Counted from the first letter of the whole stretch, positions 13,195-26,187 are shown. The stretch is DNA of 63,721 bases, filler included, from Octopus bimaculoides (GCF_001194135.2; 11 parts of 10 records of this genome joined end to end with filler, not necessarily neighbours in it), one strand, 5' to 3'. Numbers and translations: made by a program. The notes: generated from the letters alone by a model not told the origin.

Positions 13195-13239
13195 TTTCTT
13201 CTCCTTCTTCTTCTTCTTCTCCTTCTTCTTCTTCTTCTT

Positions 13240-13338
<99 letters not shown>

Positions 13339-13355
13339 GTCGTCGTTGTTGTTGT
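13195..13355. repeat. Compound (CTT)n-(ATT)n-(GTT)n microsatellite
   Basis: Seen directly. Confidence 0.95.
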
Positions 13356-13593
13356 TAAGGAAGTTGGCAAGCTGGTAGAAACGTTAGCACACCGGGCGAA
13401 ATACTTAGCGGTATTTCGTCTGCCGCTACGTTCTGAGTTCAAATTCCGCCGAGGTCGACTTTGCCTTTCATCCTCTCGGGGGTCGATAAATTAACTACCA
13501 GTTACGCACTGGGGTCGATGTAATCGACTTAATCCCTTTGTCTGTCCTTGTTTGTCCCCCTATGTTTAGCCCCTTGTGGGGCAATAAAAAAAT
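13356..13593 (+). mobile_element. SINE family B, full length (a partial copy follows at 13675-13810)
   Basis: gctggtagaaacgttagc..gagttcaaattccgccgaggtcgactttgcctttcatcc..tttagccccttgtggggcaataaa. Confidence 0.9.
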
Positions 13594-13999
13594 AACAATC
13601 GTTAGTACAAAATCCAGGACTTATGCCTATAGTAGAAAAGATTATTGTCGTTGTTGTTGTTGTTGTCGTTGTTATTGTTCCACCGAAGTTGACTTTGCTT
13701 TCATCCTTTCAGGGTCGACAAAATAAGTACCAGTTAAACTCTGGGGTCGATGTAATCGACTTATCCACCTAACGAAATTACTAGCTTTGTGCTAAAGTTT
13801 TAAACCAGTATTTTAGATTCATTATGGAAAGAATATAACTTTAGATTCAGACAAAGAAGGGAGATTTCTTAGTATCCACACCTTTCTCGAAGCCAGGAAA
13901 TAACACAGTAAAGTTAAACGCCAAGATTTAACTCGTTGGAATCTTATGCCAACTCTGCATATATAAATTTGAGAATGGGATTAGAGATTGTGTGACAAT

Positions 14000-14535
14000 T
14001 ACTCTTTTACTCTTTTACTTGTTTCAGTCATTTGACTGCGGCCATGCTGGAGCACCGCCTTTAGTCGAGAAAATCGACCCCAGGGCTTATTCCTTGTAAG
14101 CCTAGTACTTATTCTATCGGTCACTTTTTGCCGAACCGCTAAGTTACGGGGACGTAAACACCCCAGCATCGGTTGTCAAGCGATGGTGGGGGGGGACAAA
14201 CACAGACACACAAACAAACATACATATATATNNNNNNNNNNNNNNNNNNNNNNNNNNNNNNNNNNNNNNNNNNNNNNNNNNNNNNNNNNNNNNNNNNNNN
14301 NNNNNNNNNNNNNNNNNNNNNNNNNNNNNNNNNNNNNNNNNNNNNNNNNNNNNNNNNNTATATACATATATACGACAGGCTTCTTTCAGTTTCCATCTAC
14401 CAAATCCACTCACAAGGCTTTGGTCGGCCCGAGGCTATAGTAGAAGACACTTGCCCAAGGTGCCACGCAGTGAGACTGAACCCGGAGCCATGTGGTTAGT
14501 AAGCAAGCTACGTACCACACAGCCACTCCTGCACC
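14000..14535 (-). mobile_element. SINE family A, full length (gap in its internal microsatellite)
   Basis: Complete family A tail and head flank the N gap. Confidence 0.9.
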
Positions 14536-14618
14536 TATTCATTTCTCGTTGGTATTAGTGGCGTGAATAAAGGGAAAACTTCTACAACCACTACCCCAAT
14601 ACAGGATTTCGTTTTCAG

Positions 14619-14699
14619 TTCAGTGTGAGCTTGTCCTCTCCAGTGCGGCTCTCACTACGGAAATTGCGATTATAAACTATAAACCATTAACAATTCCCG
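14619..14699 (+). CDS. Candidate 81-nt phase-1/phase-1 exon
   Basis: Acceptor tttcgttttcAG and donor CCCG|GTGAGA. Only the phase-1 frame is open (xQCELVLSSAALTTEIAIINYKPLTIP). No homology recognised. Confidence 0.25.
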
Positions 14700-15229
14700 G
14701 TGAGATGTCTAATTATGGAATTTCTATTGAGATTTACCAGCAATGCAGGATAATAGATCGTCAGAAGTAACAGAAGATGGGGAAGGGAGACAAGCAATCC
14801 TGGAATCTATGGTTGAAGCGAAGAACGTTAACTTTGTTCAAATTTCTCTGGAAATCTTCCAAATGAAAATGTTTCTGCAGATAATAAATTTTCTTGTCAA
14901 CTTTAAGACATTCCAGACACGAAATTTTCTTTTAAAATGGTAACTTATAATCTGTCATTGTCATTGGATACAAATATAATCCACAATATTATCAGAGAAC
15001 GGTAGCGAGAGGCGAAATTCAGTGAAGCTTACAATAAATGTTGTCGTTCAGTCCGAAGACAACCGTTATCGATCCATGATCACATATGTTCCAGTTATGA
15101 CCATCCAGTCTATTTATATTGTATGTCCTCTTTTTAAGAGAGCATGGTCTGATTTGAGGGCATGCGGGTTATTATTTCTTGCAGAAGTGACTACATAGCG
15201 ATTCCTTCGTCAGCTCGAATCACTAATAT

Positions 15230-15297
15230 GTCTAGTAGTAGTAGTAGTTATGGTGGTGGTGGTGGTGGTGATGGTATTGGTGGTGGTGGTGGTGGTG

Positions 15298-15353
<56 letters not shown>

Positions 15354-15426
15354 GGTGGTGGTGGTGGTGGTGGCTTCGGTAGTAGTAGTAGTAGTAGTAG
15401 TAGTAGTTGTTGTTGTTGTTGTTGTT
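15230..15426. repeat. Compound (AGT)n/(GGT)n/(GTT)n microsatellite
   Basis: Seen directly. Confidence 0.92.
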
Positions 15427-16126
15427 TAATCCCCAGATCGTCTCTGAACAAGCATGCTATACCCAAGGGCTTTCCAGTCGTGAGCATCCCGTCCTATTTC
15501 CTATTTCCTAGATTTCATTATCCAAGATTCCTTTTTAAGACGGTAGCGTATGAATTTGAGGAAAATTTGGCTGCTATGTCTACGACGTTCTGCGACCGGA
15601 TAGAGGCTCAATTCTTGGTTTGGAAACAATGTCAGTATTTTGTAAAGGTGCGAATCTTCATTTTATGGGATTAGCAAACAATAAGTCGTGACATTTATGG
15701 TTTCCTAAGAGCATTAATGATTCAACTAAAGTATACGGATTATGACGGAAACAGACGAAAATTCACGACTGCTGTATGACTCCCACACTCGTAAAGCTAA
15801 TCATGCTCTTTATTCGCAGGGAGCAATAGGACGAATGCTTATATTCAGTACTTGTAAAGTTATGGGGATGAGAAATTAATACATCTTGGACAGGACACTG
15901 GTCCATCGTGGTGAGTTTTTCTTGTACGATGAAATCTGTACACCAAACTAACCAACGTTAGAGGTAACTGATGCGGCCATCGGTATCCAGCAACCAAGGA
16001 AACTGGTCTTGGTCTGCATTGGAAACAATTTTTTCCGTAACAGAGCTCATAGCGGAGTTTGATATGTTTAGTTGTCGTGAATAACAAAAGATATAATTTG
16101 GAGTGCTTGCTCCTCGTCAGCTAGCG

Positions 16127-16173
<47 letters not shown>

Positions 16174-16566
16174 CAGACAGGAAGCTGTAGTGTCACTTTG
16201 TGAGACAACAAAATGGATTTTGCTAGCTTACAACCGCAGTTGATTTCAACGCATGTAAGAAAAATTGTTACAAAGACAAGAAGAAAATATCTCCGATTAG
16301 GGCATAGTGAATTATTCTAATGACAACAACTAGACAAATTCTCTGACCGTCGATTAATTGATATTAAGATATATTAATTGATATTTGAGAATCTGATACT
16401 TTTCAGACAGGCACGAATGTACCTACGTACGTATGTATGTATGTATGTATGTCTGTATGTATGTATGTATGTATGTATGTATGTATGCATGTATGTATGT
16501 ATGCATGCACACATATATTTATATATATTTACACACACACACACATACACAAACACACACACACAC

Positions 16567-16598
<32 letters not shown>

Positions 16599-17350
16599 CA
16601 TCGAATTTGAAAACTATTCGATGATGTGCCACAGCGATGCACACGTGCCTGAATCGAACCGGGCTCCTTTTAGTTCATGTCTACCAAAATCATTCACATG
16701 GCTTTGGTTTGCTCGGCGCAATAGTAAAAGACCTCTGACCAAAATGCCACGCACTGAACTGTGTAGTTGTGTGTGTCTTTGCGTCTACACGCGCGCTATT
16801 GTATAAGTGTACGTGTTTCTGCAACAAGAAGTCAAACTCCTTTGCAGTCTGTATTTACACCACGTGATATTCATTATTTTTGAATATCTCTAAAGTCGTT
16901 AGTTCTCCGTTAAAAAGACAACACTAGTGGTTAAGCTTATAACCACGAAATTGGTAAACCCCTTCCATTTCGTAGTTCAGCGTGCTGTTGTCTCTATCCC
17001 GATATCAACCGCCCATAAACATCCCATCCATTCTCCTATCATATTATACTGCACTATACATTTTTGTGAATTCCCACGTCGCAATTTCACTGAGTCAGCC
17101 ATCGTGAAAAACTGGTTAATTCTATTTCGATAGTCTGGAATTCAATTCTCTTGCCATTAATGATGGTTACAAACCAAAACTATAAGCTACTGGCTACATC
17201 TTAAAACTGATCGCTCTTTTAAAACTGTCGCTGTCTTTCTCACGAAATAACTCAATCTTTCATTGTCTGTCCTCTTTAAGCAGTCAATAATTTTTGGCCC
17301 AGGGACAGCAGTTTTTTGAGAGAAGGCTCAGGTAATAATAATAATATTAA

Positions 17351-17453
<103 letters not shown>

Positions 17454-17778
17454 GGAAGTGCAAAAAATCGTGTTAACTGGAACGACTCATGTACTGAGAA
17501 GAGCATTATCGTTGTGAAAACAATATCCATTCATGAATTTATTTATTATTATCTTTTTANNNNNNNNNNNNNNNNNNNNNNNNNNNNNNNNNNNNNNNNN
17601 NNNNNNNNNNNNNNNNNNNNNNNNNNNNNNNNNNNNNNNNTGTGAATTTGCGCGTGTAAACTGGGAATGCATACAATGAGCTTCACAATGAGCTTCTCTG
17701 CCCTAGGTGTACGGAAAACACTCGGCGAGAAATGAAGAAAATTTGAAGGAAGAAGAAAAAAAAAACAACAACAACAAC

Positions 17779-17847
<69 letters not shown>

Positions 17848-17849
<2 letters not shown>

Positions 17850-18063
17850 CCTTTCTACTAAAGGGACAAGGCCTGAAATTTGGTGGAAGGGGAATAGCCA
17901 ATTACATCGACCCCCAGTGTTTCACCGGTACTTAATTTATTGACCCCGAAAGGATAAAAGGCAAAGTCGACCTCGGCGGAATTTGAACTCAGAACCTAAA
18001 GACGGACGAAATGTCGCTAAGCATTCTTTTTTCCCGGTGTGTGTTAACGATTCTGCTAGCTCG

Positions 18064-18064
<1 letters not shown>
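17848..18064 (-). mobile_element. SINE family B between (TAA)n and (CAT)n tracts
   Basis: Family B body, with (AAT)n at 17778-17848 and (CAT)n at 18064-18126. Confidence 0.88.
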
Positions 18065-18108
<44 letters not shown>

Positions 18109-18126
18109 TATCATCATCATCATCAT

Positions 18127-18800
18127 AAAATATGTGTATGGGGAGAAGGAGCAACGGCACACGTTGTGGTGCACAATGTCCCAAGTTGGCCCAAAGAGAA
18201 TATAAGAAATGGAGGCATGACCAAGTTGTGAAAGTTTTGCATTGGAAGGTTGGTCAGAAAAGAGGATTTGAAGCTGAAAGTACTTGGTGTAATTATTGTG
18301 CTGAAAGAGTGCTTGAGTCAGAGAATTGCATGATCTCATGGGATTTTCCAGAAGATAGAAAATAATAAAGCAGACAACAATAAATAGACATGGAAAGGTA
18401 AAGTTGCTTACTGATTGATCTATCGTGTCCATTTTATCCCAGGATTGTAAAGAAAGAAAACGAAAAATGGAAAAAAAAATACAATCCCTTGAATTTTGAA
18501 ATTGTGAGAATTTGGAGTGTGAAAATTGTAAAGGTTGTGCCTGTAATAACTGGTGCTTTATGGTCTGTGAGTAATGAATGATATAGACAAATGGTTCAAA
18601 GAGATGGGAGTAGAATTTTTTGTGGAGCTTCTACAGTAAGTTTTCCTCTTAGGAACAGGAAAGGTTATCAGAAAGGTTTTGAGTACTTGAAAGATTATTG
18701 AAAGATTGTGGATAGCTAAGGTTACGTGTTGTAACCCGCTACCCGCATAAATATTCGAAAGAATAAGACTAAGCCTGAGTCAAGTCGAATGATAATGATA
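18127..18800 (+). mobile_element. 5'-truncated R4/Dong-clade non-LTR retrotransposon (CCHC plus restriction-like endonuclease region), degenerate
   Basis: Across frameshifts it reads KIC..GEGATAHVV..QCPKLAQREYKKWRHDQVVKVLHWK..WDFP..LLIDLSCP..KKENEK..FEIVRIWSVK..VVPVITGAL. It ends in a tgataatgataataat tail. Confidence 0.85.
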
Positions 18801-18921
18801 ATAATTCTTTCTGCTAGAGGCACAAGGCCTGAAATATTGAGAGCGGAGTGGGAGTTAGTCTATTACATCGACCTCAGTACTTAACTGGTACCCGTTTGGA
18901 GTACTGGAGTACTGGAAAGGG

Positions 18922-19255
18922 AGAGTCGAGTTCAGGAGTGATGGATATCGATATTTCACCATTTTTGCGGTTTATCAACATTACTTGCCTAAAGAGAAAC
19001 CGAGTCAAATCGAATTGCCAGTCTATGATTATATATAAATCGTGTAAAATCTATTTATACTGGTATGCCACGGTGATGCGTGCGTCAGAGTAAATTCAAT
19101 AATGAATTAAAAGCTAGTAGCAAATAGTTTTTACACTACTTATATACAGCCATAAACTGGCAATTCGATTCGTCCTTGGCTTGATTCAGGTACGTGATGT
19201 TGATAAGCCATAAAAATGGCGAAATATCGGTATCGATCCTTCCTGAATTCGATCT
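18922..19255. mobile_element. Fold-back / MITE-like element with about 115-bp imperfect inverted arms
   Basis: 18922-19038 aligns by eye with the reverse complement of 19140-19255 (e.g. aatcgaattgccagt / actggcaattcgatt; gatatttc.ccattttt / aaaaatgg.gaaatatc). Confidence 0.75.
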
Positions 19256-19989
19256 GAGGTGAGGTGTCTCGCCTGTCTGTGATTTTCATGTTTTAACACC
19301 CAGCGTTATGAAAGGGCCATCCCCCCAAGCGCTATGCAGCAAGCGAACCGGCTAACAAACAAAACACATACATTGGGTATGTGCAGCCGAATATATATAT
19401 ANNNNNNNNNNNNNNNNNNNNNNNNNNNNNNNNNNNNNNNNNNNNNNNNNNNNNNNNNNNNNNNNNNNNNNNNNNNNNNNNNNNNNNNNNNNNNNNNNNN
19501 NNNNNNNNNNNNNNNNNNNNNNNNNNNNNNNNNNNNNNNNNNNNNNNNNNNNNNNNNNNNNNNNNNNNNNNNNNNNNNNNNNNNNNNNNNNNNNNNNNNN
19601 NNNNNNNNNNNNNNNNNNNNNNNNNNNNNNNNNNNNNNNNNNNNNNNNNNNNNNNNNNNNNNNNNNNNNNNNNNNNNNNNNNNNNNNNNNNNNNNNNNNN
19701 NNNNNNNNNNNNNNNNNNNNNNNNNNNNNNNNNNNNNNNNNNNNNNNNNNNNNNNNNNNNNNNNNNNNNNNNNNNNNNNNNNNNNNNNNNNNNNNNNNNN
19801 NNNNNNNNNNNNNNNNNNNNNNNTATGTATGTTAGTGTGTGTGTGTGTGTGTGTGTATTTGCAAATGTGTATGTATTTATATATGTATGCATTAAAAATA
19901 GGTGTGATTTTTCTGATAATTTTCCTCCTTTATAGATGATTACAAATCATTAGATGTTTAGATTACGATGCGTAAACATCTAATTATTT

Positions 19990-20017
19990 AAGACAGACAG
20001 ACAGACAGATAGATAGG

Positions 20018-20092
<75 letters not shown>

Positions 20093-20152
20093 ATAGATAG
20101 CTAGACAGGCAGAGAGCAGGCAAGTAAACAGACAGACTGACAGAAAACGACG

Positions 20153-20238
<86 letters not shown>
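19990..20238. repeat. (GATA)n/(GACA)n tetranucleotide microsatellite
   Basis: Seen directly. Confidence 0.95.
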
Positions 20239-20967
20239 TGTGTATATATATGAATGTTACGAAATGTGAGTGTGATGTAACAAAACGGTGTATAGATTTG
20301 ACACTTGAATTTTATTGATCAAACAGAAATCTGAAACCTTAAAGTGAAATGATAATTCTTAATTATTCCAATTGTGATCATGATTACAGAAATTAATTAG
20401 AAGGCTCATTAAATGAAGAAGTTGCGTCACCAGCTCAATAGATGACGAAACGTACAGAACTGAGAGGCCAGACTAACTAAATCATTGATATTGTCGCCAT
20501 CTGGTGTATAACAAGAGAAACTTCATTGACACCACACTCCTCTCTCACCAAACCGATTGTCACATTTTTTCCCCTAAGGTGACAATTAGTGATGTTTTCT
20601 ATTGTGGGTTTCCTTCCTTCTGTTATTCGACATCTACCGGCTAACTTCTTAACCGCTGAGTTTTATTCTTTTTATGGTTGATATTGTTGTTGTTGTTGTG
20701 TTTGGTGATTCGAGCTACAAATATCTCCATATAAACGTGGTCAGTGTTATTCCAATTGGAGAAGCTTTCTTTATATATAGGATGTTTGATTCTCATATTG
20801 GTTCAGGTCTTGAATTAGCTTCTCAATTAAAAAAATAGCCCTTCTAAGCATTGCATACATATTGTACAGAGCATTTTCAATACAATAAAGCATACAAGCC
20901 AAAACAAAATACTGCACTTACCAAAGGCAGACAGATTGCCGCGAAAATACGTAATAAAATTATGACT

Positions 20968-20992
20968 ACTGAATAATAATAATATTAATAAC

Positions 20993-21080
<88 letters not shown>

Positions 21081-21598
21081 NNNNNNNNNNNNNNNNNNNN
21101 NNNNNNNNNNNNNNNNNNNNNNNNNNNNNNNNNNNNNNNNNNNNNNNNNNNNNNNNNNNNNNNNNNNNNNNNNNNNNNNNNNNNNNNNNNNNNNNNNNNN
21201 NNNNNNNNNNNNNNNNNNNNNNNNNNNNNNNNNNNNNNNNNNNNNNNNNNNNNNNNNNNNNNNNNNNNNNNNNNNNNNNNNNNNNNNNNNNNNNNNNNNN
21301 NNNNNNNNNNNNNNNNNNNNNNNNNNNNNNNNNNNNNNNNNNNNNNNNNNNNNNNNNNNNNNNNNNNNNNNNNNNNNNNNNNNNNNNNNNNNNNNNNNNN
21401 NNNNNNNNNNNNNNNNNNNNNNNNNNNNNNNNNNNNNNNNNNNNNNNNNNNNNNNNNNNNNNNNNNNNNNNNNNNNNNNNNNNNNNNNNNNNNNNNNNNN
21501 NNNNNNNNNNNNNNNNNNNNNNNNNNNNNNNNNNNNNNNNNNNNNNNNNNNNNNNNNNNNNNNNNNNNNNNNNNNNNNNNNNNNNNNNNNNNNNNNNN

Positions 21599-21684
<86 letters not shown>

Positions 21685-21942
21685 TAATAATAATAATGCA
21701 AAGTCAACCGTGGTGGCATTTGGATCAATGATTTCTTCTTGAACCCCCGGTCATCACAATCATAATCTTCAGCGCCAATAGCATCTCAGCTACCACGACC
21801 CACCGTCACTGTACTAAAATGAAATACAAGACTTCTAGTAATCCAACAACCAATCACCAACTTTTAAAGCGCTAATACTCCAACCGACATTGCTACCGAT
21901 ATCATCAACTTTGCCCACTAACAACTACTACTCCTACCATTA

Positions 21943-21973
<31 letters not shown>

Positions 21974-22005
21974 TATTATAACTATAACTACTCCTTAACT
22001 TTTAT

Positions 22006-22068
<63 letters not shown>

Positions 22069-22098
22069 AACTGCTACTACTACTACTACTACTACTAT

Positions 22099-22161
<63 letters not shown>

Positions 22162-22199
22162 AACTGCTGCTGCTACTATTGCTACTATTGTTGTTGTTG

Positions 22200-22230
<31 letters not shown>

Positions 22231-22400
22231 AAAACCAACAATTTCAATTGCATCATTAGTATCATTACTCCTACCACCACCACCGCCTCAATAATCAACC
22301 AGCCACCGCCACCACTGCCAATTATAATAACAACAACAACGACAACAACAACAACATTACTACCACCGCCATCATTGTCATATAAACAGTAATAATGTCG
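20968..22400. repeat. Gapped (TAA)n tract followed by compound (TAT)(CTA)(CTG)(CAA) microsatellites
   Basis: Seen directly. Confidence 0.9.
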
Positions 22401-22689
22401 TTCTTACACCACCAGTGCCAGTCAGCACGCCACCTACTGGCTATGGCACCTCATAAACACCAGCTACCACTAATGTCACCACCATCAGCCGACACAAACC
22501 TCATAGCAAACTCTGAAAGGAACGCCATGACAGCGGACAAAACTACAGTCGCCATCTGGTGTCAGATTTTACCAACAGCAGTCCTGGCATCACCGGTGCT
22601 AATTGGTCGGCTGTCTTCGGCATTTTTTTCTCCATTTTAAAATTAAAAACTATTTAGTTATTCATTTATTTATATCTTATTTTATTTTA

Positions 22690-23010
22690 TTACCTCCGCC
22701 TTCGTTAAGGCGGAGATATAGTTTTCAGTCGCGTTTGTTTGTTTGTTTGTTTTGTCTGTGGACAAGATATCTCAAGAACCGCTGGATGAATTCGAATGAA
22801 ACTTTCAGGGATGTTTGGCCTCGTGATTGGCATGAACTGGTTAGATTTGGGGATTGATCGGATATCAGACAAAGATTCTAGATTTATTTTTCCGGGTTTT
22901 TTTTTTTACTTAATTTTTGAGAGCGGTCAGGTTCATTTTTAGCATTCTCGTTTGTGAGAGCAGTCGAGTTTATTTCAGATATTCTCATTTTAAAAATCAT
23001 CTCGGGCTAA
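22690..23010 (+). mobile_element. Helentron-associated / DINE-1-like non-autonomous element, 5' part
   Basis: Starts ttacctccgcc with an inverted repeat ctccgcctt (22694-22702) / aaggcggag (22707-22715), then a (GTTT)n tract and the typical ..gatatctcaagaaccgctggatgaattcgaatgaaactttca.. core. Confidence 0.65.
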
Positions 23011-23116
23011 TCGCTGAGAGGACGTTGGTGTTCGGGCTCAGTTGATAGTCTGTGTAGAAAGGAAAGAAAAACAAAATGTCATCCAAAAATAAAAGTATTT
23101 AAAAAAACCAAAAAAT

Positions 23117-23315
23117 ATTTATTTCTTTATTGCCCACAAGGGACAAAGGGATTAAGCCGATTACATCGACCCCAGTGCGTAACCGGTACTTATTTAATCC
23201 ACCCTGAAAGGCAAAGTCGAACTCGGGGGAATTTGAACTCGAAATGTAACGGCAGACGAAATACTGCGAGGTATTGCGCCTGGTGGGCTAACGTTTCTGC
23301 CAGCTCACCGCCTTA
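23117..23315 (-). mobile_element. SINE family B (internally deleted)
   Basis: Family B body in an A-rich site. Confidence 0.85.
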
Positions 23316-23366
23316 AAAATAAAACAAAAATTTTAATTATCTAGATTATGGTTTTGAGGTAACAAT

Positions 23367-24176
23367 TTACTCAAAGGTGACGTTTTCAGCTTCCACCACG
23401 GCCTCAAGACGGCTCCGGAACTTGGTACATACGTTCCTCGCTGTGTCCCTTGGGATGATGATCTTCGAACAGCACCTTGATCTGGGCCACCAGCTCCTTG
23501 GTGCTACAGGTAGAACGGTTGGTGTCTTTCTCAACCGCGCCCCACATATATATATAGTAATCTATAGTCGGGGGAATAAGTAGGCCAGAAATTGGGGCTG
23601 AAGTCGTAGAAATTCTCCGACAACGACTTCTGATTATTTCCAGTGTTATAGCAAGAAGCCGAATCCTGCTGTCACGCATATGGCCTTCCAACTGCAACCC
23701 TTTCCAGCCAGGGTCTGACCACAGTGTCCAGTAGCTTCACATGGCCGTCTGAATTGAACCTAAGGTCCTGTTCAAAGATTCGGGGCGGTATGACGTCAGT
23801 TCACTGGAGACACACCCAGACTTTCACAGTTTGGAGTAACTTAATTTTTCATGATGTCCATGACACGTCTCACAGTCTTTACAGTGTTCCCAGAGCAGTG
23901 AGCAGAAGACATGAAGTCGGCATATTGACCGATATTATGACTGCTACTCGAATCATCATGACATAGGTCACTCTTTTCCCAGTTCTAATTATCATGATGC
24001 AGGTAACTCTTTTCCAATATTCAGATGGTAACCAGTCCTCCATATCAACTAACTTTTTCTCACCTACAACTTTAAAGCTCTCCAATGTCATTGACATTTC
24101 TCTAATACAACAAGCTGTTCCTGAAAAAATTAAAAGAGACATAAAATCGTCAAATTTATCCCGAACACCCAGTATA
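23367..24176 (-). mobile_element. Internally deleted Tc1/mariner (DD37D/maT-like) transposon with its 5' TIR
   Basis: Minus strand across frameshifts reads ..IFEQDLRFNSDGHVKLLDTVVRPWLERVAVGRPYAxQQDSA..NFYDFSPNFWPTYSPD..YMWGAVEKDTNR..FRSRLEAVVEAENVTFE* (stop at 23367-23369). The end is TA|TACTGGGTGTTCGGGATAAATTTGACGATTTT (TA at 24175-24176), followed by an MEDWLPSEYWKR N-terminus. Confidence 0.85.
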
Positions 24177-24207
24177 TCGGACCAAATGTGTTGTCATGAT
24201 TCAAGCA

Positions 24208-24418
24208 ACTCTTTTCCCAGTTCTAATTATCATGATGCAGGTAACTCTTTTCCAATATTCAGATGGTAACCAGTCCTCCATATCAACTAACTTTTTCTCA
24301 CCTACAACTTTAAGGCTCTCCAATGTCATTGACATTTCTCCATTACATCAAGCTGTTCCTGAAAAAAAAGAGACAAAATCGTCAAATTTATCCCGAACAC
24401 CCAGTATATCGGACCAAA
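24208..24418 (-). repeat. Tandem duplicate of the mariner 5' end (copy of 23970-24186)
   Basis: Near-identical repeat of about 215 bp with a period of 238 bp. It includes the TIR, the TA and 10 bp of flank (tcggaccaaa). Confidence 0.92.
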
Positions 24419-24594
24419 CGTGGAACTCTATAGATCCCTGATGATCCAGTCCGAGCAGTTGTGGTCTCAAGAAAACCGCCCCATGTTCAATGCAGACCCA
24501 TTCAATCAAGCTATAATATTTTGCTATATTTGTTCGGGCTCTTTACGTTTAGAGTTCAAATCCCGCCGAGGTCAACCACACCTTCCATTCGTCT

Positions 24595-25625
24595 ACCACC
24601 ACATAACACCACAGCCTAACTTCCACAACTACCTCGCTACTACCACACAACCACCAAGACACGCCTTAACCTTACACATCAAGACTACTGACACCACCAC
24701 TACATACACAACTGTTACCACAGTTACTACCACATACGCCATAATTATTTACCACTACCACCACAGACTTTACTACCACTACCACCACCCCTGAAACCAA
24801 CACAAATATTCCATCACCACTTCCACTGTCACCAATACCACTTTTAAAACCCCCACCAATTTCACAACCACTATCACCGCCACCGCCAAAACCACCACCA
24901 CCATAACCACCACCGCCACCACCACCAAGACCGTCAACAACACCGAGGAGACCCGCTCCACATTCACACCTCCCTTGTTCTTCCCATCATCTCCACTTTC
25001 ACTATCATTATTCTTCCCACCATTACTTTCACCACCATCACCATCTACATCATTACCACAGACATCGATACTTTCACTACTACAACCACCACTACCACCA
25101 CTAAAACCACCACTGCCACCACAACATCGACTACTACCACCATCGCCAACAACAACAGGAATAACACTACTACAACGTCCACAACCACCACCACCACCAT
25201 TACAATAACAATCACCATCACTACCACCACCACCACAACTACCACCACCACCACAACAACAACGAAATCCATCACAACCACCACTACTACCACCACTACC
25301 ATCACAAAAACAACAACAACAACTACCACCACCACTACCACTACCACCACCACCACAACCACCATCACCACTATCACCACCACCCTCTACTGTCATCACC
25401 ACAACCATCCGATACTTGTAGCCCAACCATCAACACCACCACCAGGATCCACCACCACCACCTACAATGACAACGACACCATTTTCACCGCCACCCTCAT
25501 TCTCCCCACCACTTTCAAAAGCACTCCCGCTCCCATCCCCAGCCCCTACACTCACCATCAACTCTGCCTCTTCCTCATCTCCCTCCTCCTCAATTTCTTC
25601 CTCCAATAGAACCACCATTAACAAT
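24595..25625. repeat. Degenerate ACC/CAA/CTA-rich low-complexity tract
   Basis: About 1 kb with strong C/A strand bias and decayed triplet repeats. Confidence 0.85.
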
Positions 25626-25747
25626 ATCAAGCGACATTTTAATCCTCATTTATATTTACCGTTGCTTTTGTTTTTTATGCCGTTGTTTGGCGAGAAAAAC
25701 TATGAAGGTATTATTTTCTAAGTCTTTACTTTTAGCGGTCCACTATA

Positions 25748-25791
<44 letters not shown>

Positions 25792-26187
25792 TATTGTTGC
25801 AACCGGCGGCACCTATAACGGGTAATTAGAGCCTCAATTGTTTCCTTGTTTAGTTTAGAGAAATAAATGAATAACACAATAAATAAGCGTGTAACCTGTC
25901 CAAATCTTCATTCGCTTCCACAAAAGGCGGCGCATATGTGTGGATTTAGATAACATGCGTGAAAGCTTAACGAGCGTGCGTGTATGTGTGTGTGAGTATG
26001 CGCGTGTATATATATGTATACATGCACCCATATGCACATACATACATACATACATAAATACATACATACATACATACATACATACATGCATGCATGCATG
26101 CATACATATATAATATTATTATTCTTTCTTACGAAATATATAGAACTGCTTAAGAAGTGCTCGGGTCGAACCCGAGACAAAAGATAT

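Noticed and set aside
24595-25625. Mucin-, formin- or extensin-like Thr/Pro-rich CDS
   Set aside because: The frames are interrupted by stops, no splice signals were identified, and the composition is explained by decayed ACC/CAA triplets.
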